Below are positions 11,815 through 28,456 of a stretch of 64,000 nucleotides of DNA, one piece after another. Source of the DNA: the human T2T-CHM13v2.0 reference genome, Homo sapiens; assembly GCF_009914755.1 (NCBI RefSeq), contig NC_060946.1. One strand, 5' to 3'. The notes under the pieces were generated by a model that had not been told where the DNA came from, made no database searches, and worked only from the letters and a program-made list of their open reading frames with translations. The first letter of the stretch is position 1, and each line of letters opens with the position of its first letter. Made by a program: the position numbers and the translations under genes.

Positions 11815-13374
11815 TTATATATGGTATATACTATATGTTATGGAATATGCTTTATATGTAATATATAACCTCATATATATTATATGTCATAATACATAAT
11901 ATTTATCCTATGTCATCTTATATATTATGTATATTACATAACGTATATAATATATAATACAGATTATGCATCTTAAATATGAAAATATATAATTATTGAT
12001 AACATAACATATAGTTATATATAATATGATATATAACGTATATACTATATCATATGTGATATATAATATATATATTTTTATTACATATTATAATTTATAT
12101 ATATTATAATTTATATAAAGATATAATTATTTATGTAATATAAATAATTATATATAATTATATAATGAGGTATAATATAAATAATAATATATACGATTAC
12201 ATATTTATGTAGTTATCTGTATAAAAACATAATTATATATATAATTATATATATCATATATTAGACAACATACATATTATATAATGTATAATATATATTA
12301 TACAATATATGATACATATATGATATGTAATATATCATAATAGAATATATATTTTAATATTATGTATGTAACATATATTATGTGATATATAATATATATA
12401 ATGTAATATAAAATAATATAATATAATATATAATATATTATGATATATTATGTAAAGTAAGTAATAAAATTACATATAACATAATATATAGTTATGTATA
12501 ATATAACGTATAATTATATACGTTATATTTTATATGTACATATAATATTATACAGTTATATAAAATTTTGAATAGTTACATATAATGTAATATAAAACAT
12601 ATATAATATATATCATAAAATATATATTTTATACCATATATAATATGTATCATATATTGTGTGTTATATGTCATATATTGTATATCATATATCGTATGTT
12701 ATATGTTATATATATCACATTCCACATATTGTGTATTATAAATTATATATAATATATGACATACATTACATTATATTTGATAAATTATACATTATATGTA
12801 ACATAGTATATATTATATGTAACATGTATATTCTATGGAAAATATATAATATATAACATATATTACATATAATTAATGACATAGACATATAATATATATT
12901 TAATATATGTATTATACATACAACATATTGTATATAATATATAACATATATTACATAAAAGTCATAAAATATATTATATATTGTATGTCATATTTTACAT
13001 TTACAGTTATATATTATTATATGTTATTTTATCTCATATATAACATAGAAACAATATATATTATATATAATGTATATTATATATAACATAGATATAATAG
13101 ATATAATATATGTAAGGTATATTATATATTTAATACGTATATTAACCATATAATATATTCTATATATGAAATATAATATATCTTATATGTGTCATAAAAT
13201 ATAACGTATAATATGTGTCATATTGTATAAATATAATGCTTATCTATTATCAATTATTATATGACATATAATATATATAATATAAGACGCAGGATGTAAA
13301 ACAATATTATATATATGTTATATGTATTATATATACGATACTATATATTATTATATACATAGTGTATATTTATA

Positions 13375-13942
13375 TTTGTGGGTGCCCTATTCCCCATCTG
13401 ATAACTTGTTGTAAGAAGCGCAGCGTAATAATGTGTGGGTTTGGGATTCTGTTTTTGAAACAAAACACTGAGCCTTCAATGACCTTTCGGTCTCTGTAAA
13501 AGCACTCCTGTCTTCCTGGCAGCTGTTGGACCTCACAATGTGGATTGTGCCCTCACCCTGTAATGTTGATGCCCTATCGCCATGGTGACGGGATTAGGGA
13601 TCTCCTGCTCTTGGTCCTAAGGGCCACTGTCTGTGCTGTGTTTTCCAAAGGTCAGAACAGATTGAACCTTTGTGGTTTTATTTTCCCTGAGTTTGATTTT
13701 CCTCATGGGGAACCTGTGTTGCTGCTTTGAACGTATATTCATACTGGCCTTTCAAATGCCAACTCTTCATATTACTAGTTAATGCTTTCAAAATATGTTA
13801 TTTAAAAAATGATCCTCAGTATTGTCCATATGCAGTTATAAATACGTTTCATGGTTATGTTTTATTCCTCAGTTTACATATTTGATTATTGTACCAAGCA
13901 GAGTACCTTTGAAATGTTTTTCCATTTAAAAAATATGAATCT
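13375..13942. repeat. HSATI-type segment, U6
   Basis: Copy of 1282-1849. Confidence 0.8.
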
Positions 13943-14231
13943 TGGCTCAGGCCTGTAACCCCAGCAAATTTGGAGGCCAAGGCAAGGGGATCACAAGGTG
14001 AAGAGATCAAGACCATCCTGGCCAATACAGTGAAAGGCTGTCACTACTAAAAATCCAAAAAACTAGCTAGGCATGGTGGCAGCTGGTGTAGTCCCAGTGT
14101 GGTGTAGTCCCAGCTACCTGGGAGGCTGAGGGAGGACGATCGCTTGAAGCCGTGAGGCAGATGTTGCAGTGAGCAAAGATGGCGCCATTGTACTTCACCC
14201 TGTGAAACACAAGACTCTGTCTGAAAAAAAA
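13943..14231 (+). mobile_element. Alu, U6 (subtype A)
   Basis: Copy of the unit Alu, 3' allele GTGAAACACAAGACTCT. Confidence 0.93.
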
Positions 14232-15793
14232 TTATATATGGTATATACTATATGTTATGGAATATGCTTTATATGTAATATATAACCTCATATATATTAT
14301 ATGTCATAATACATAATATTTATCCTATGTCATCTTATATATATTATGTATATTACATAACGTATATAATATATAATACATATTATGCATCTTAAATATG
14401 AAAATATATAATTATTGATAACATCACATATAGTTATATATAATATGATATATAACGTATATACTATATCATATGTGATATATAATATATATATTTTTAT
14501 TACATATTATAATTTATATATATTATAATTTATATAAAGATATAATTATTTATGTAATATAAATAATTATATATAATTATATAATGAGGTATAATATAAA
14601 TAATAATATATACGATTACATATTTATGTAGTTATCTGTATAAAAACATAATTATATATATAATTATATATATCATATAATAGACAACATACATATTATA
14701 TAATGTATAATATATATTATACAATATATGATACATATATGATATGTAATATATCATAATAGAATATATATTTTAATATTATGTATGTAACTTATATTAT
14801 GTGATATATAATATATATTATGTAATATAAAATAATATAATATAATATATATTATATTATGATATATTATGTAAATTAAGTAATAAAATTACATATAACA
14901 TAATATATAGTTATGTATAATATAACGTATAATTATATACGTTATATTTTATATGTACATATAATATTATACAGTTATATATAATTTTGAATAGTTACAT
15001 ATAATGTAATATAAAACATATATAATGTATATCATAAAATATATATTTTATACCATATATAATATATATCATCTATTGTGTGTTATATGTCATATATTGT
15101 ATATCATATATCGTATGTTATATGTTATATATATCACATTCCACATATTGTGTATTATAAATTATATATAATATATGACATACATTACATTATATTTGAT
15201 AAATTATACATTATATGTAACATAGTATATATTATATGTAACATGTATATTCTATGGAAAATATATAATATATAACATATATTACATATAATTAATGACA
15301 TAGACATATAATATATATTTAATATATGTATTATACATACAACATATTGTATATAATATATAACATATATTACATAAAAGTCATAAAATATATTATATAT
15401 TGTATGTCATATTTTACATTTACAGTTATATATTATTATATGTTATTTTATCTCATATATAACATAGAAACAATATATATTATATATAATGTATATTATA
15501 TATAACATAGATATAATAGATATAATATATGTAAGGTATATTATATATTTAATACGTATATTAACCATATAATATATTCTATATATGAAATATAATATAT
15601 CTTATATATGTCATAAAATATAACGTATATTATGTGTCATATTGTATAAATATAATGCTTATCTATTATCAATTATTATATGACATATAATATATATAAT
15701 ATAAGACGCAGGATGTAAAACAATATTATATATATGTTATATGTATTATATATACGATACTATATATTATTATATACATAATGTATATTTATA

Positions 15794-16361
15794 TTTGTGG
15801 GTGCCCTATTCCCCATCTGATAACTTGTTGTAAGAAGCGCAGCGTAATAATGTGTGGGCTTGGGATTCTGTTTTTGAAACAAAACACTGAGCCTTCAATG
15901 ACCTTTCGGTCTCTGTAAAAGCACTCCTGTCTTCCTGGCAGCTGTTGGACCTCACAATGTGGATTGTGCCCTCACCCTGCAATGTTGATGCCCTATCGCC
16001 ATGGTGACGGGATTAGGGATCTCCTGCTCTTGGTCCTAAGGGCCACTGTGTGTGCTGTGTTTTCCAAAGGTCAGAACAGATTGAACCTTTGTGGTTTTAT
16101 TTTCCCTGAGTTTGATTTTCCTCATGGGGAACCTGTGTTGCTGCTTTGAACGTATATTCATACTGGCCTTTCAAATGCCAACTCTTCATATTACTAGTTA
16201 ATGCTTTCAAAATATGTTATTTAAAAAATGATCCTCAGTATTGTCCATATGCAGTTATAAATACGTTTCATGGTTATGTTTTATTCCTCAGTTTACATAT
16301 TTGATTATTGTACCAAGCAGAGTACCTTTGAAATGTTTTTCCATTTAAAAAATATGAATCT
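15794..16361. repeat. HSATI-type segment, U7
   Basis: Copy of 1282-1849. Confidence 0.8.
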
Positions 16362-16650
16362 TGGCTCAGGCCTGTAACCCCAGCAAATTTGGAGGCCAAG
16401 GCAAGGGGATCACAAGGTCAAGAGATCAAGACCATCCTGGCCAATACAGTGAAAGGCTGTCACTACTAAAAATCCAAAAAACTAGCTAGGCATGGTGGCA
16501 GCTGGTGTAGTCCCAGTGTGGTGTAGTCCCAGCTACCTGGGAGGCTGAGGGAGGACGATCGCTTGAAGCCGTGAGGCAGATGTTGCAGTGAGCAAAGATG
16601 GCGCCATTGTACTTCACCCTGTGAAACACAAGACTCTGTCTGAAAAAAAA
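16362..16650 (+). mobile_element. Alu, U7 (subtype A)
   Basis: Copy of the unit Alu. Confidence 0.93.
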
Positions 16651-18212
16651 TTATATATGGTATATACTATATGTTATGGAATATGCTTTATATGTAATAT
16701 ATAACCTCATATATATTATATGTCATAATACATAATATTTATCCTATGTCATCTTATATATATTATGTATATTACATAACGTATATAATATATAATACAT
16801 ATTATGCATCTTAAATATGAAAATATATAATTATTGATAACATCACATATAGTTATATATAATATGATATATAACGTATATACTATATCATATGTGATAT
16901 ATAATATATATATTTTTATTACATATTATAATTTATATATATTATAATTTATATAAAGATATAATTATTTATGTAATATAAATAATTATATATAATTATA
17001 TAATGAGGTATAATATAAATAATAATATATACGATTACATATTTATGTAGTTATCTGTATAAAAACATAATTATATATATAATTATATATATCATATAAT
17101 AGACAACATACATATTATATAATGTATAATATATATTATACAATATATGATACATATATGATATGTAATATATCATAATAGAATATATATTTTAATATTA
17201 TGTATGTAACTTATATTATGTGATATATAATATATATTATGTAATATAAAATAATATAATATAATATATATTATATTATGATATATTATGTAAATTAAGT
17301 AATATAATTACATATAACATAATATATAGTTATGTATAATATAACGTATAATTATATACGTTATATTTTATATGTACATATAATATTATACAGTTATATA
17401 TAATTTTGAATAGTTACATATAATGTAATATAAAACATATATAATGTATATCATAAAATATATATTTTATACCATATATAATATGTATCATCTATTGTGT
17501 GTTATATGTCATATATTGTATATCATATATCGTATGTTATATGTTATATATATCACATTCCACATATTGTGTATTATAAATTATATATAATATATGACAT
17601 ACATTACATTATATTTGATAAATTATACATTATATGTAACATAGTATATATTATATGTAACATGTATATTCTATGGAAAATATATAATATATAACATATA
17701 TTACATATAATTAATGACATAGACATATAATATATATTTAATATATGTATTATACATACAACATATTGTATATAATATATAACATATATTACATAAAAGT
17801 CATAAAATATATTATATATTGTATGTCATATTTTACATTTACAGTTATATATTATTATATGTTATTTTATCTCATATATAACATAGAAACAATATATATT
17901 ATATATAATGTATATTATATATAACATAGATATAATAGATATAATATATGTAAGGTATATTATATATTTAATACGTATATTAATCATATAATATATTCTA
18001 TATATGAAATATAATATATCTTATATATGTCATAAAATATAACGTATATTATGTGTCATATTGTATAAATATAATGCTTATCTATTATCAATTATTATAT
18101 GACATATAATATATATAATATAAGACGCAGGATGTAAAACAATATTATATATATGTTATGTGTATTATATATACGATACTATATATTATTATATACATAA
18201 TGTATATTTATA

Positions 18213-18780
18213 TTTGTGGGTGCCCTATTCCCCATCTGATAACTTGTTGTAAGAAGCGCAGCGTAATAATGTGTGGGCTTGGGATTCTGTTTTTGAAACA
18301 AAACACTGAGCCTTCAATGACCTTTCGGTCTCTGTAAAAGCACTCCTGTCTTCCTGGCAGCTGTTGGACCTCACAATGTGGATTGTGCCCTCACCCTGCA
18401 ATGTTGATGCCCTATCGCCATGGTGACGGGATTAGGGATCTCCTGCTCTTGGTCCTAAGGGCCACTGTGTGTGCTGTGTTTTCCAAAGGTCAGAACAGAT
18501 TGAACCTTTGTGGTTTTATTTTCCCTGAGTTTGATTTTCCTCATGGGGAACCTGTGTTGCTGCTTTGAACGTATATTCATACTGGCCTTTCAAATGCCAA
18601 CTCTTCATATTACTAGTTAATGCTTTCAAAATATGTTATTTAAAAAATGATCCTCAGTATTGTCCATATGCAGTTATAAATACGTTTCATGGTTATGTTT
18701 TATTCCTCAGTTTACATATTTGATTATTGTACCAAGCAGAGTACCTTTGAAATGTTTTTCCATTTAAAAAATATGAATCT
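18213..18780. repeat. HSATI-type segment, U8
   Basis: Copy of 1282-1849. Confidence 0.8.
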
Positions 18781-19069
18781 TGGCTCAGGCCTGTAACCCC
18801 AGCAAATTTGGAGGCCAAGGCAAGGGGATCACAAGGTGAAGAGATCAAGACCATCCTGGCCAATACAGTGAAAGGCTGTCACTACTAAAAATCCAAAAAA
18901 CTAGCTAGGCATGGTGGCAGCTGGTGTAGTCCCAGTGTGGTGTAGTCCCAGCTACCTGGGAGGCTGAGGGAGGACGATCGCTTGAAGCCGTGAGGCAGAT
19001 GTTGCAGTGAGCAAAGATGGCGCCATTGTACTTCACCCTGTGAAACACAAGACTCTGTCTGAAAAAAAA
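18781..19069 (+). mobile_element. Alu, U8 (subtype A)
   Basis: Copy of the unit Alu. Confidence 0.93.
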
Positions 19070-20631
19070 TTATATATGGTATATACTATATGTTATGGAA
19101 TATGCTTTATATGTAATATATAACCTCATATATATTATATGTCATAATACATAATATTTATCCTATGTCATCTTATATATATTATGTATATTACATAACG
19201 TATATAATATATAATACATATTATGCATCTTAAATATGAAAATATATAATTATTGATAACATCACATATAGTTATATATAATATGATATATAACGTATAT
19301 ACTATATCATATGTGATATATAATATATATATTTTTATTACATATTATAATTTATATATATTATAATTTATATAAAGATATAATTATTTATGTAATATAA
19401 ATAATTATATATAATTATATAATGAGGTATAATATAAATAATAATATATACGATTACATATTTATGTAGTTATCTGTATAAAAACATAATTATATATATA
19501 ATTATATATATCATATAATAGACAACATACATATTATATAATGTATAATATATATTATACAATATATGATACATATATGATATGTAATATATCATAATAG
19601 AATATATATTTTAATATTATGTATGTAACTTATATTATGTGATATATAATATATATTATGTAATATAAAATAATATAATATAATATATATTATATTATGA
19701 TATATTATGTAAATTAAGTAATAAAATTACATATAACATAATATATAGTTATGTATAATATAACGTATAATTATATACGTTATATTTTATATGTACATAT
19801 AATATTATACAGTTATATATAATTTTGAATAGTTACATATAATGTAATATAAAACATATATAATGTATATCATAAAATATATATTTTATACCATATATAA
19901 TATGTATCATCTATTGTGTGTTATATGTCATATATTGTATATCATATATCGTATGTTATATGTTATATATATCACATTCCACATATTGTGTATTATAAAT
20001 TATATATAATATATGACATACATTACATTATATTTGATAAATTATACATTATATGTAACATAGTATATATTATATGTAACATGTATATTCTATGGAAAAT
20101 ATATAATATATAACATATATTACATATAATTAATGACATAGACATATAATATATATTTAATATATGTATTATACATACAACATATTGTATATAATATATA
20201 ACATATATTACATAAAAGTCATAAAATATATTATATATTGTATGTCATATTTTACATTTACAGTTATATATTATTATATGTTATTTTATCTCATATATAA
20301 CATAGAAACAATATATATTATATATAATGTATATTATATATAACATAGATATAATAGATATAATATATGTAAGGTATATTATATATTTAATACGTATATT
20401 AACCATATAATATATTCTATATATGAAATATAATATATCTTATATATGTCATAAAATATAACGTATATTATGTGTCATATTGTATAAATATAATGCTTAT
20501 CTATTATCAATTATTATATGACATATAATATATATAATATAAGACGCAGGATGTAAAACAATATTATATATATGTTATATGTATTATATATACGATACTA
20601 TATATTATTATATACATAATGTATATTTATA

Positions 20632-21199
20632 TTTGTGGGTGCCCTATTCCCCATCTGATAACTTGTTGTAAGAAGCGCAGCGTAATAATGTGTGGGCTTG
20701 GGATTCTGTTTTTGAAACAAAACACTGAGCCTTCAATGACCTTTCGGTCTCTGTAAAAGCACTCCTGTCTTCCTGGCAGCTGTTGGACCTCACAATGTGG
20801 ATTGTGCCCTCACCCTGCAATGTTGATGCCCTATCGCCATGGTGACGGGATTAGGGATCTCCTGCTCTTGGTCCTAAGGGCCACTGTGTGTGCTGTGTTT
20901 TCCAAAGGTCAGAACAGATTGAACCTTTGTGGTTTTATTTTCCCTGAGTTTGATTTTCCTCATGGGGAACCTGTGTTGCTGCTTTGAACGTATATTCATA
21001 CTGGCCTTTCAAATGCCAACTCTTCATATTACTAGTTAATGCTTTCAAAATATGTTATTTAAAAAATGATCCTCAGTATTGTCCATATGCAGTTATAAAT
21101 ACGTTTCATGGTTATGTTTTATTCCTCAGTTTACATATTTGATTATTGTACCAAGCAGAGTACCTTTGAAATGTTTTTCCATTTAAAAAATATGAATCT
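20632..21199. repeat. HSATI-type segment, U9
   Basis: Copy of 1282-1849. Confidence 0.8.
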
Positions 21200-21488
21200 T
21201 GGCTCAGGCCTGTAACCCCAGCAAATTTGGAGGCCAAGGCAAGGGGATCACAAGGTGAAGAGATCAAGACCATCCTGGCCAATACAGTGAAAGGCTGTCA
21301 CTACTAAAAATCCAAAAAACTAGCTAGGCATGGTGGCAGCTGGTGTAGTCCCAGTGTGGTGTAGTCCCAGCTACCTGGGAGGCTGAGGGAGGACGATCGC
21401 TTGAAGCCGTGAGGCAGATGTTGCAGTGAGCAAAGATGGCGCCATTGTACTTCACCCTGTGAAACACAAGACTCTGTCTGAAAAAAAA
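21200..21488 (+). mobile_element. Alu, U9 (subtype A)
   Basis: Copy of the unit Alu. Confidence 0.93.
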
Positions 21489-23050
21489 TTATATATGGTA
21501 TATACTATATGTTATGGAATATGCTTTATATGTAATATATAACCTCATATATATTATATGTCATAATACATAATATTTATCCTATGTCATCTTATATATA
21601 TTATGTATATTACATAACGTATATAATATATAATACATATTATGCATCTTAAATATGAAAATATATAATTATTGATAACATCACATATAGTTATATATAA
21701 TATGATATATAACGTATATACTATATCATATGTGATATATAATATATATATTTTTATTACATATTATAATTTATATATATTATAATTTATATAAAGATAT
21801 AATTATTTATGTAATATAAATAATTATATATAATTATATAATGAGGTATAATATAAATAATAATATATACGATTACATATTTATGTAGTTATCTGTATAA
21901 AAACATAATTATATATATAATTATATATATCATATAATAGACAACATACATATTATATAATGTATAATATATATTATACAATATATGATACATATATGAT
22001 ATGTAATATATCATAATAGAATATATATTTTAATATTATGTATGTAACTTATATTATGTGATATATAATATATATTATGTAATATAAAATAATATAATAT
22101 AATATATATTATATTATGATATATTATGTAAAGTAAGTAATAAAATTACATATAACATAATATATAGTTATGTATAATATAACGTATAATTATATACGTT
22201 ATATTTTATATGTACATATAATATTATACAGTTATATATAATTTTGAATAGTTACATATAATGTAATATAAAACATATATAATGTATATCATAAAATATA
22301 TATTTTATACCATATATAATATGTATCATCTATTGTGTGTTATATGTCATATATTGTATATCATATATCGTATGTTATATGTTATATATATCACATTCCA
22401 CATATTGTGTATTATAAATTATATATAATATATGACATACATTACATTATATTTGATAAATTATACATTATATGTAACATAGTATATATTATATGTAACA
22501 TGTATATTCTATGGAAAATATATAATATATAACATATATTACATATAATTAATGACATAGACATATAATATATATTTAATATATGTATTATACATACAAC
22601 ATATTGTATATAATATATAACATATATTACATAAAAGTCATAAAATATATTATATATTGTATGTCATATTTTACATTTACAGTTATATATTATTATATGT
22701 TATTTTATCTCATATATAACATAGAAACAATATATATTATATATAATGTATATTATATATAACATAGATATAATAGATATAATATATGTAAGGTATATTA
22801 TATATTTAATACGTATATTAACCATATAATATATTCTATATATGAAATATAATATATCTTATATATGTCATAAAATATAACGTATATTATGTGTCATATT
22901 GTATAAATATAATGCTTATCTATTATCAATTATTATATGACATATAATATATATAATATAAGACGCAGGATGTAAAACAATATTATATATATGTTATATG
23001 TATTATATATACGATACTATATATTATTATATACATAATGTATATTTATA

Positions 23051-23618
23051 TTTGTGGGTGCCCTATTCCCCATCTGATAACTTGTTGTAAGAAGCGCAGC
23101 GTAATAATGTGTGGGCTTGGGATTCTGTTTTTGAAACAAAACACTGAGCCTTCAATGACCTTTCGGTCTCTGTAAAAGCACTCCTGTCTTCCTGGCAGCT
23201 GTTGGACCTCACAATGTGGATTGTGCCCTCACCCTGCAATGTTGATGCCCTATCGCCATGGTGACGGGATTAGGGATCTCCTGCTCTTGGTCCTAAGGGC
23301 CACTGTGTGTGCTGTGTTTTCCAAAGGTCAGAACAGATTGAACCTTTGTGGTTTTATTTTCCCTGAGTTTGATTTTCCTCATGGGGAACCTGTGTTGCTG
23401 CTTTGAACGTATATTCATACTGGCCTTTCAAATGCCAACTCTTCATATTACTAGTTAATGCTTTCAAAATATGTTATTTAAAAAATGATCCTCAGTATTG
23501 TCCATATGCAGTTATAAATACGTTTCATGGTTATGTTTTATTCCTCAGTTTACATATTTGATTATTGTACCAAGCAGAGTACCTTTGAAATGTTTTTCCA
23601 TTTAAAAAATATGAATCT
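23051..23618. repeat. HSATI-type segment, U10
   Basis: Copy of 1282-1849. Confidence 0.8.
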
Positions 23619-23907
23619 TGGCTCAGGCCTGTAACCCCAGCAAATTTGGAGGCCAAGGCAAGGGGATCACAAGGTGAAGAGATCAAGACCATCCTGGCCA
23701 ATACAGTGAAAGGCTGTCACTACTAAAAATCCAAAAAACTAGCTAGGCATGGTGGCAGCTGGTGTAGTCCCAGTGTGGTGTAGTCCCAGCTACCTGGGAG
23801 GCTGAGGGAGGACGATCGCTTGAAGCCGTGAGGCAGATGTTGCAGTGAGCAAAGATGGCGCCATTGTACTTCACCCTGTGAAACACAAGACTCTGTCTGA
23901 AAAAAAA
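23619..23907 (+). mobile_element. Alu, U10 (subtype A)
   Basis: Copy of the unit Alu. Confidence 0.93.
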
Positions 23908-25469
23908 TTATATATGGTATATACTATATGATATGGAATATGCTTTATATGTAATATATAACCTCATATATATTATATGTCATAATACATAATATTTATC
24001 CTATGTCATCTTATATATATTATGTATATTACATAACGTATATAATATATAATACATATTATGCATCTTAAATATGAAAATATATAATTATTGATAACAT
24101 CACATATAGTTATATATCATATGATATATAACGTATATACTATATCATATGTGATATATAATATATATATTTTTATTACATATTATAATTTATATATATT
24201 ATAATTTATATAAAGATATAATTATTTATGTAATATAAATAATTATATATAATTATATAATGAGGTATAATATAAATAATAATATATACGATTACATATT
24301 TATGTAGTTATCTGTATAAAAACATAATTATATATATAATTATATATATCATATAATAGACAACATACATATTATATAATGTATAATATATATTATACAA
24401 TATATGATACATATATGATATGTAATATATCATAATAGAATATATATTTTAATATTATGTATGTAACTTATATTATGTGATATATAATATATATTATGTA
24501 ATATAAAATAATATAATATAATATATATTATATTATGATATATTATGTAAATTAAGTAATAAAATTACATATAACATAATATATAGTTATGTATAATATA
24601 ACGTATAATTATATACGTTATATTTTATATGTACATATAATATTATACAGTTATATATAATTTTGAATAGTTACATATAATGTAATATAAAACATATATA
24701 ATGTATATCATAAAATATATATTTTATACCATATATAATATGTATCATCTATTGTGTGTTATATGTCATATATTGTATATCATATATCGTATGTTATATG
24801 TTATATATATCACATTCCACATATTGTGTATTATAAATTATATATAATATATGACATACATTACATTATATTTGATAAATTATACATTATATGTAACATA
24901 GTATATATTATATGTAACATGTATATTCTATGGAAAATATATAATATATAACATATATTACATATAATTAATGACATAGACATATAATATATATTTAATA
25001 TATGTATTATACATACAACATATTGTATATAATATATAACATATATTACATAAAAGTCATAAAATATATTATATATTGTATGTCATATTTTACATTTACA
25101 GTTATATATTATTATATGTTATTTTATCTCATATATAACATAGAAACAATATATATTATATATAATGTATATTATATATAACATAGATATAATAGATATA
25201 ATATATGTAAGGTATATTATATATTTAATACGTATATTAACCATATAATATATTCTATATATGAAATATAATATATCTTATATATGTCATAAAATATAAC
25301 GTATATTATGTGTCATATTGTATAAATATAATGCTTATCTATTATCAATTATTATATGACATATAATATATATAATATAAGACGCAGGATGTAAAACAAT
25401 ATTATATATATGTTATATGTATTATATATACGATACTATATATTATTATATACATAATGTATATTTATA

Positions 25470-26037
25470 TTTGTGGGTGCCCTATTCCCCATCTGATAAC
25501 TTGTTGTAAGAAGCGCAGCGTAATAATGTGTGGGCTTGGGATTCTGTTTTTGAAACAAAACACTGAGCCTTCAATGACCTTTCGGTCTCTGTAAAAGCAC
25601 TCCTGTCTTCCTGGCAGCTGTTGGACCTCACAATGTGGATTGTGCCCTCACCCTGCAATGTTGATGCCCTATCGCCATGGTGACGGGATTAGGGATCTCC
25701 TGCTCTTGGTCCTAAGGGCCACTGTGTGTGCTGTGTTTTCCAAAGGTCAGAACAGATTGAACCTTTGTGGTTTTATTTTCCCTGAGTTTGATTTTCCTCA
25801 TGGGGAACCTGTGTTGCTGCTTTGAACGTATATTCATACTGGCCTTTCAAATGCCAACTCTTCATATTACTAGTTAATGCTTTCAAAATATGTTATTTAA
25901 AAAATGATCCTCAGTATTGTCCATATGCAGTTATAAATACGTTTCATGGTTATGTTTTATTCCTCAGTTTACATATTTGATTATTGTACCAAGCAGAGTA
26001 CCTTTGAAATGTTTTTCCATTTAAAAAATATGAATCT
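25470..26037. repeat. HSATI-type segment, U11
   Basis: Copy of 1282-1849. Confidence 0.8.
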
Positions 26038-26326
26038 TGGCTCAGGCCTGTAACCCCAGCAAATTTGGAGGCCAAGGCAAGGGGATCACAAGGTGAAGAG
26101 ATCAAGACCATCCTGGCCAATACAGTGAAAGGCTGTCACTACTAAAAATCCAAAAAACTAGCTAGGCATGGTGGCAGCTGGTGTAGTCCCAGTGTGGTGT
26201 AGTCCCAGCTACCTGGGAGGCTGAGGGAGGACGATCGCTTGAAGCCGTGAGGCAGATGTTGCAGTGAGCAAAGATGGCGCCATTGTACTTCACCCTGTGA
26301 AACACAAGACTCTGTCTGAAAAAAAA
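26038..26326 (+). mobile_element. Alu, U11 (subtype A)
   Basis: Copy of the unit Alu. Confidence 0.93.
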
Positions 26327-27888
26327 TTATATATGGTATATACTATATGATATGGAATATGCTTTATATGTAATATATAACCTCATATATATTATATGTC
26401 ATAATACATAATATTTATCCTATGTCATCTTATATATATTATGTATATTACATAACGTATATAATATATAATACATATTATGCATCTTAAATATGAAAAT
26501 ATATAATTATTGATAACATCACATATAGTTATATATAATATGATATATAACGTATATACTATATCATATGTGATATATAATATATATATTTTTATTACAT
26601 ATTATAATTTATATATATTATAATTTATATAAAGATATAATTATTTATGTAATATAAATAATTATATATAATTATATAATGAGGTATAATATAAATAATA
26701 ATATATACGATTACATATTTATGTAGTTATCTGTATAAAAACATAATTATATATATAATTATATATATCATATAATAGACAACATACATATTATATAATG
26801 TATAATATATATTATACAATATATGATACATATATGATATGTAATATATCATAATAGAATATATATTTTAATATTATGTATGTAACTTATATTATGTGAT
26901 ATATAATATATATTATGTAATATAAAATAATATAATATAATATATATTATATTATGATATATTATGTAAATTAAGTAATAAAATTACATATAACATAATA
27001 TATAGTTATGTATAATATAACGTATAATTATATACGTTATATTTTATATGTACATATAATATTATACAGTTATATATAATTTTGAATAGTTACATATAAT
27101 GTAATATAAAACATATATAATGTATATCATAAAATATATATTTTATACCATATATAATATGTATCATCTATTGTGTGTTATATGTCATATATTGTATATC
27201 ATATATCGTATGTTATATGTTATATATATCACATTCCACATATTGTGTATTATAAATTATATATAATATATGACATACATTACATTATATTTGATAAATT
27301 ATACATTATATGTAACATAGTATATATTATATGTAACATGTATATTCTATGGAAAATATATAATATATAACATATATTACATATAATTAATGACATAGAC
27401 ATATAATATATATTTAATATATGTATTATACATACAACATATTGTATATAATATATAACATATATTACATAAAAGTCATAAAATATATTATATATTGTAT
27501 GTCATATTTTACGTTTACAGTTATATATTATTATATGTTATTTTATCTCATATATAACATAGAAACAATATATATTATATATAATGTATATTATATATAA
27601 CATAGATATAATAGATATAATATATGTAAGGTATATTATATATTTAATACGTATATTAACCATATAATATATTCTATATATGAAATATAATATATCTTAT
27701 ATATGTCATAAAATATAACGTATATTATGTGTCATATTGTATAAATATAATGCTTATCTATTATCAATTATTATATGACATATAATATATATAATATAAG
27801 ACGCAGGATGTAAAACAATATTATATATATGTTATATGTATTATATATACGATACTATATATTATTATATACATAATGTATATTTATA

Positions 27889-28456
27889 TTTGTGGGTGCC
27901 CTATTCCCCATCTGATAACTTGTTGTAAGAAGCGCAGCGTAATAATGTGTGGGCTTGGGATTCTGTTTTTGAAACAAAACACTGAGCCTTCAATGACCTT
28001 TCGGTCTCTGTAAAAGCACTCCTGTCTTCCTGGCAGCTGTTGGACCTCACAATGTGGATTGTGCCCTCACCCTGCAATGTTGATGCCCTATCGCCATGGT
28101 GACGGGATTAGGGATCTCCTGCTCTTGGTCCTAAGGGCCACTGTGTGTGCTGTGTTTTCCAAAGGTCAGAACAGATTGAACCTTTGTGGTTTTATTTTCC
28201 CTGAGTTTGATTTTCCTCATGGGGAACCTGTGTTGCTGCTTTGAACGTATATTCATACTGGCCTTTCAAATGCCAACTCTTCATATTACTAGTTAATGCT
28301 TTCAAAATATGTTATTTAAAAAATGATCCTCAGTATTGTCCATATGCAGTTATAAATACGTTTCATGGTTATGTTTTATTCCTCAGTTTACATATTTGAT
28401 TATTGTACCAAGCAGAGTACCTTTGAAATGTTTTTCCATTTAAAAAATATGAATCT
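27889..28456. repeat. HSATI-type segment, U12
   Basis: Copy of 1282-1849. Confidence 0.8.
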
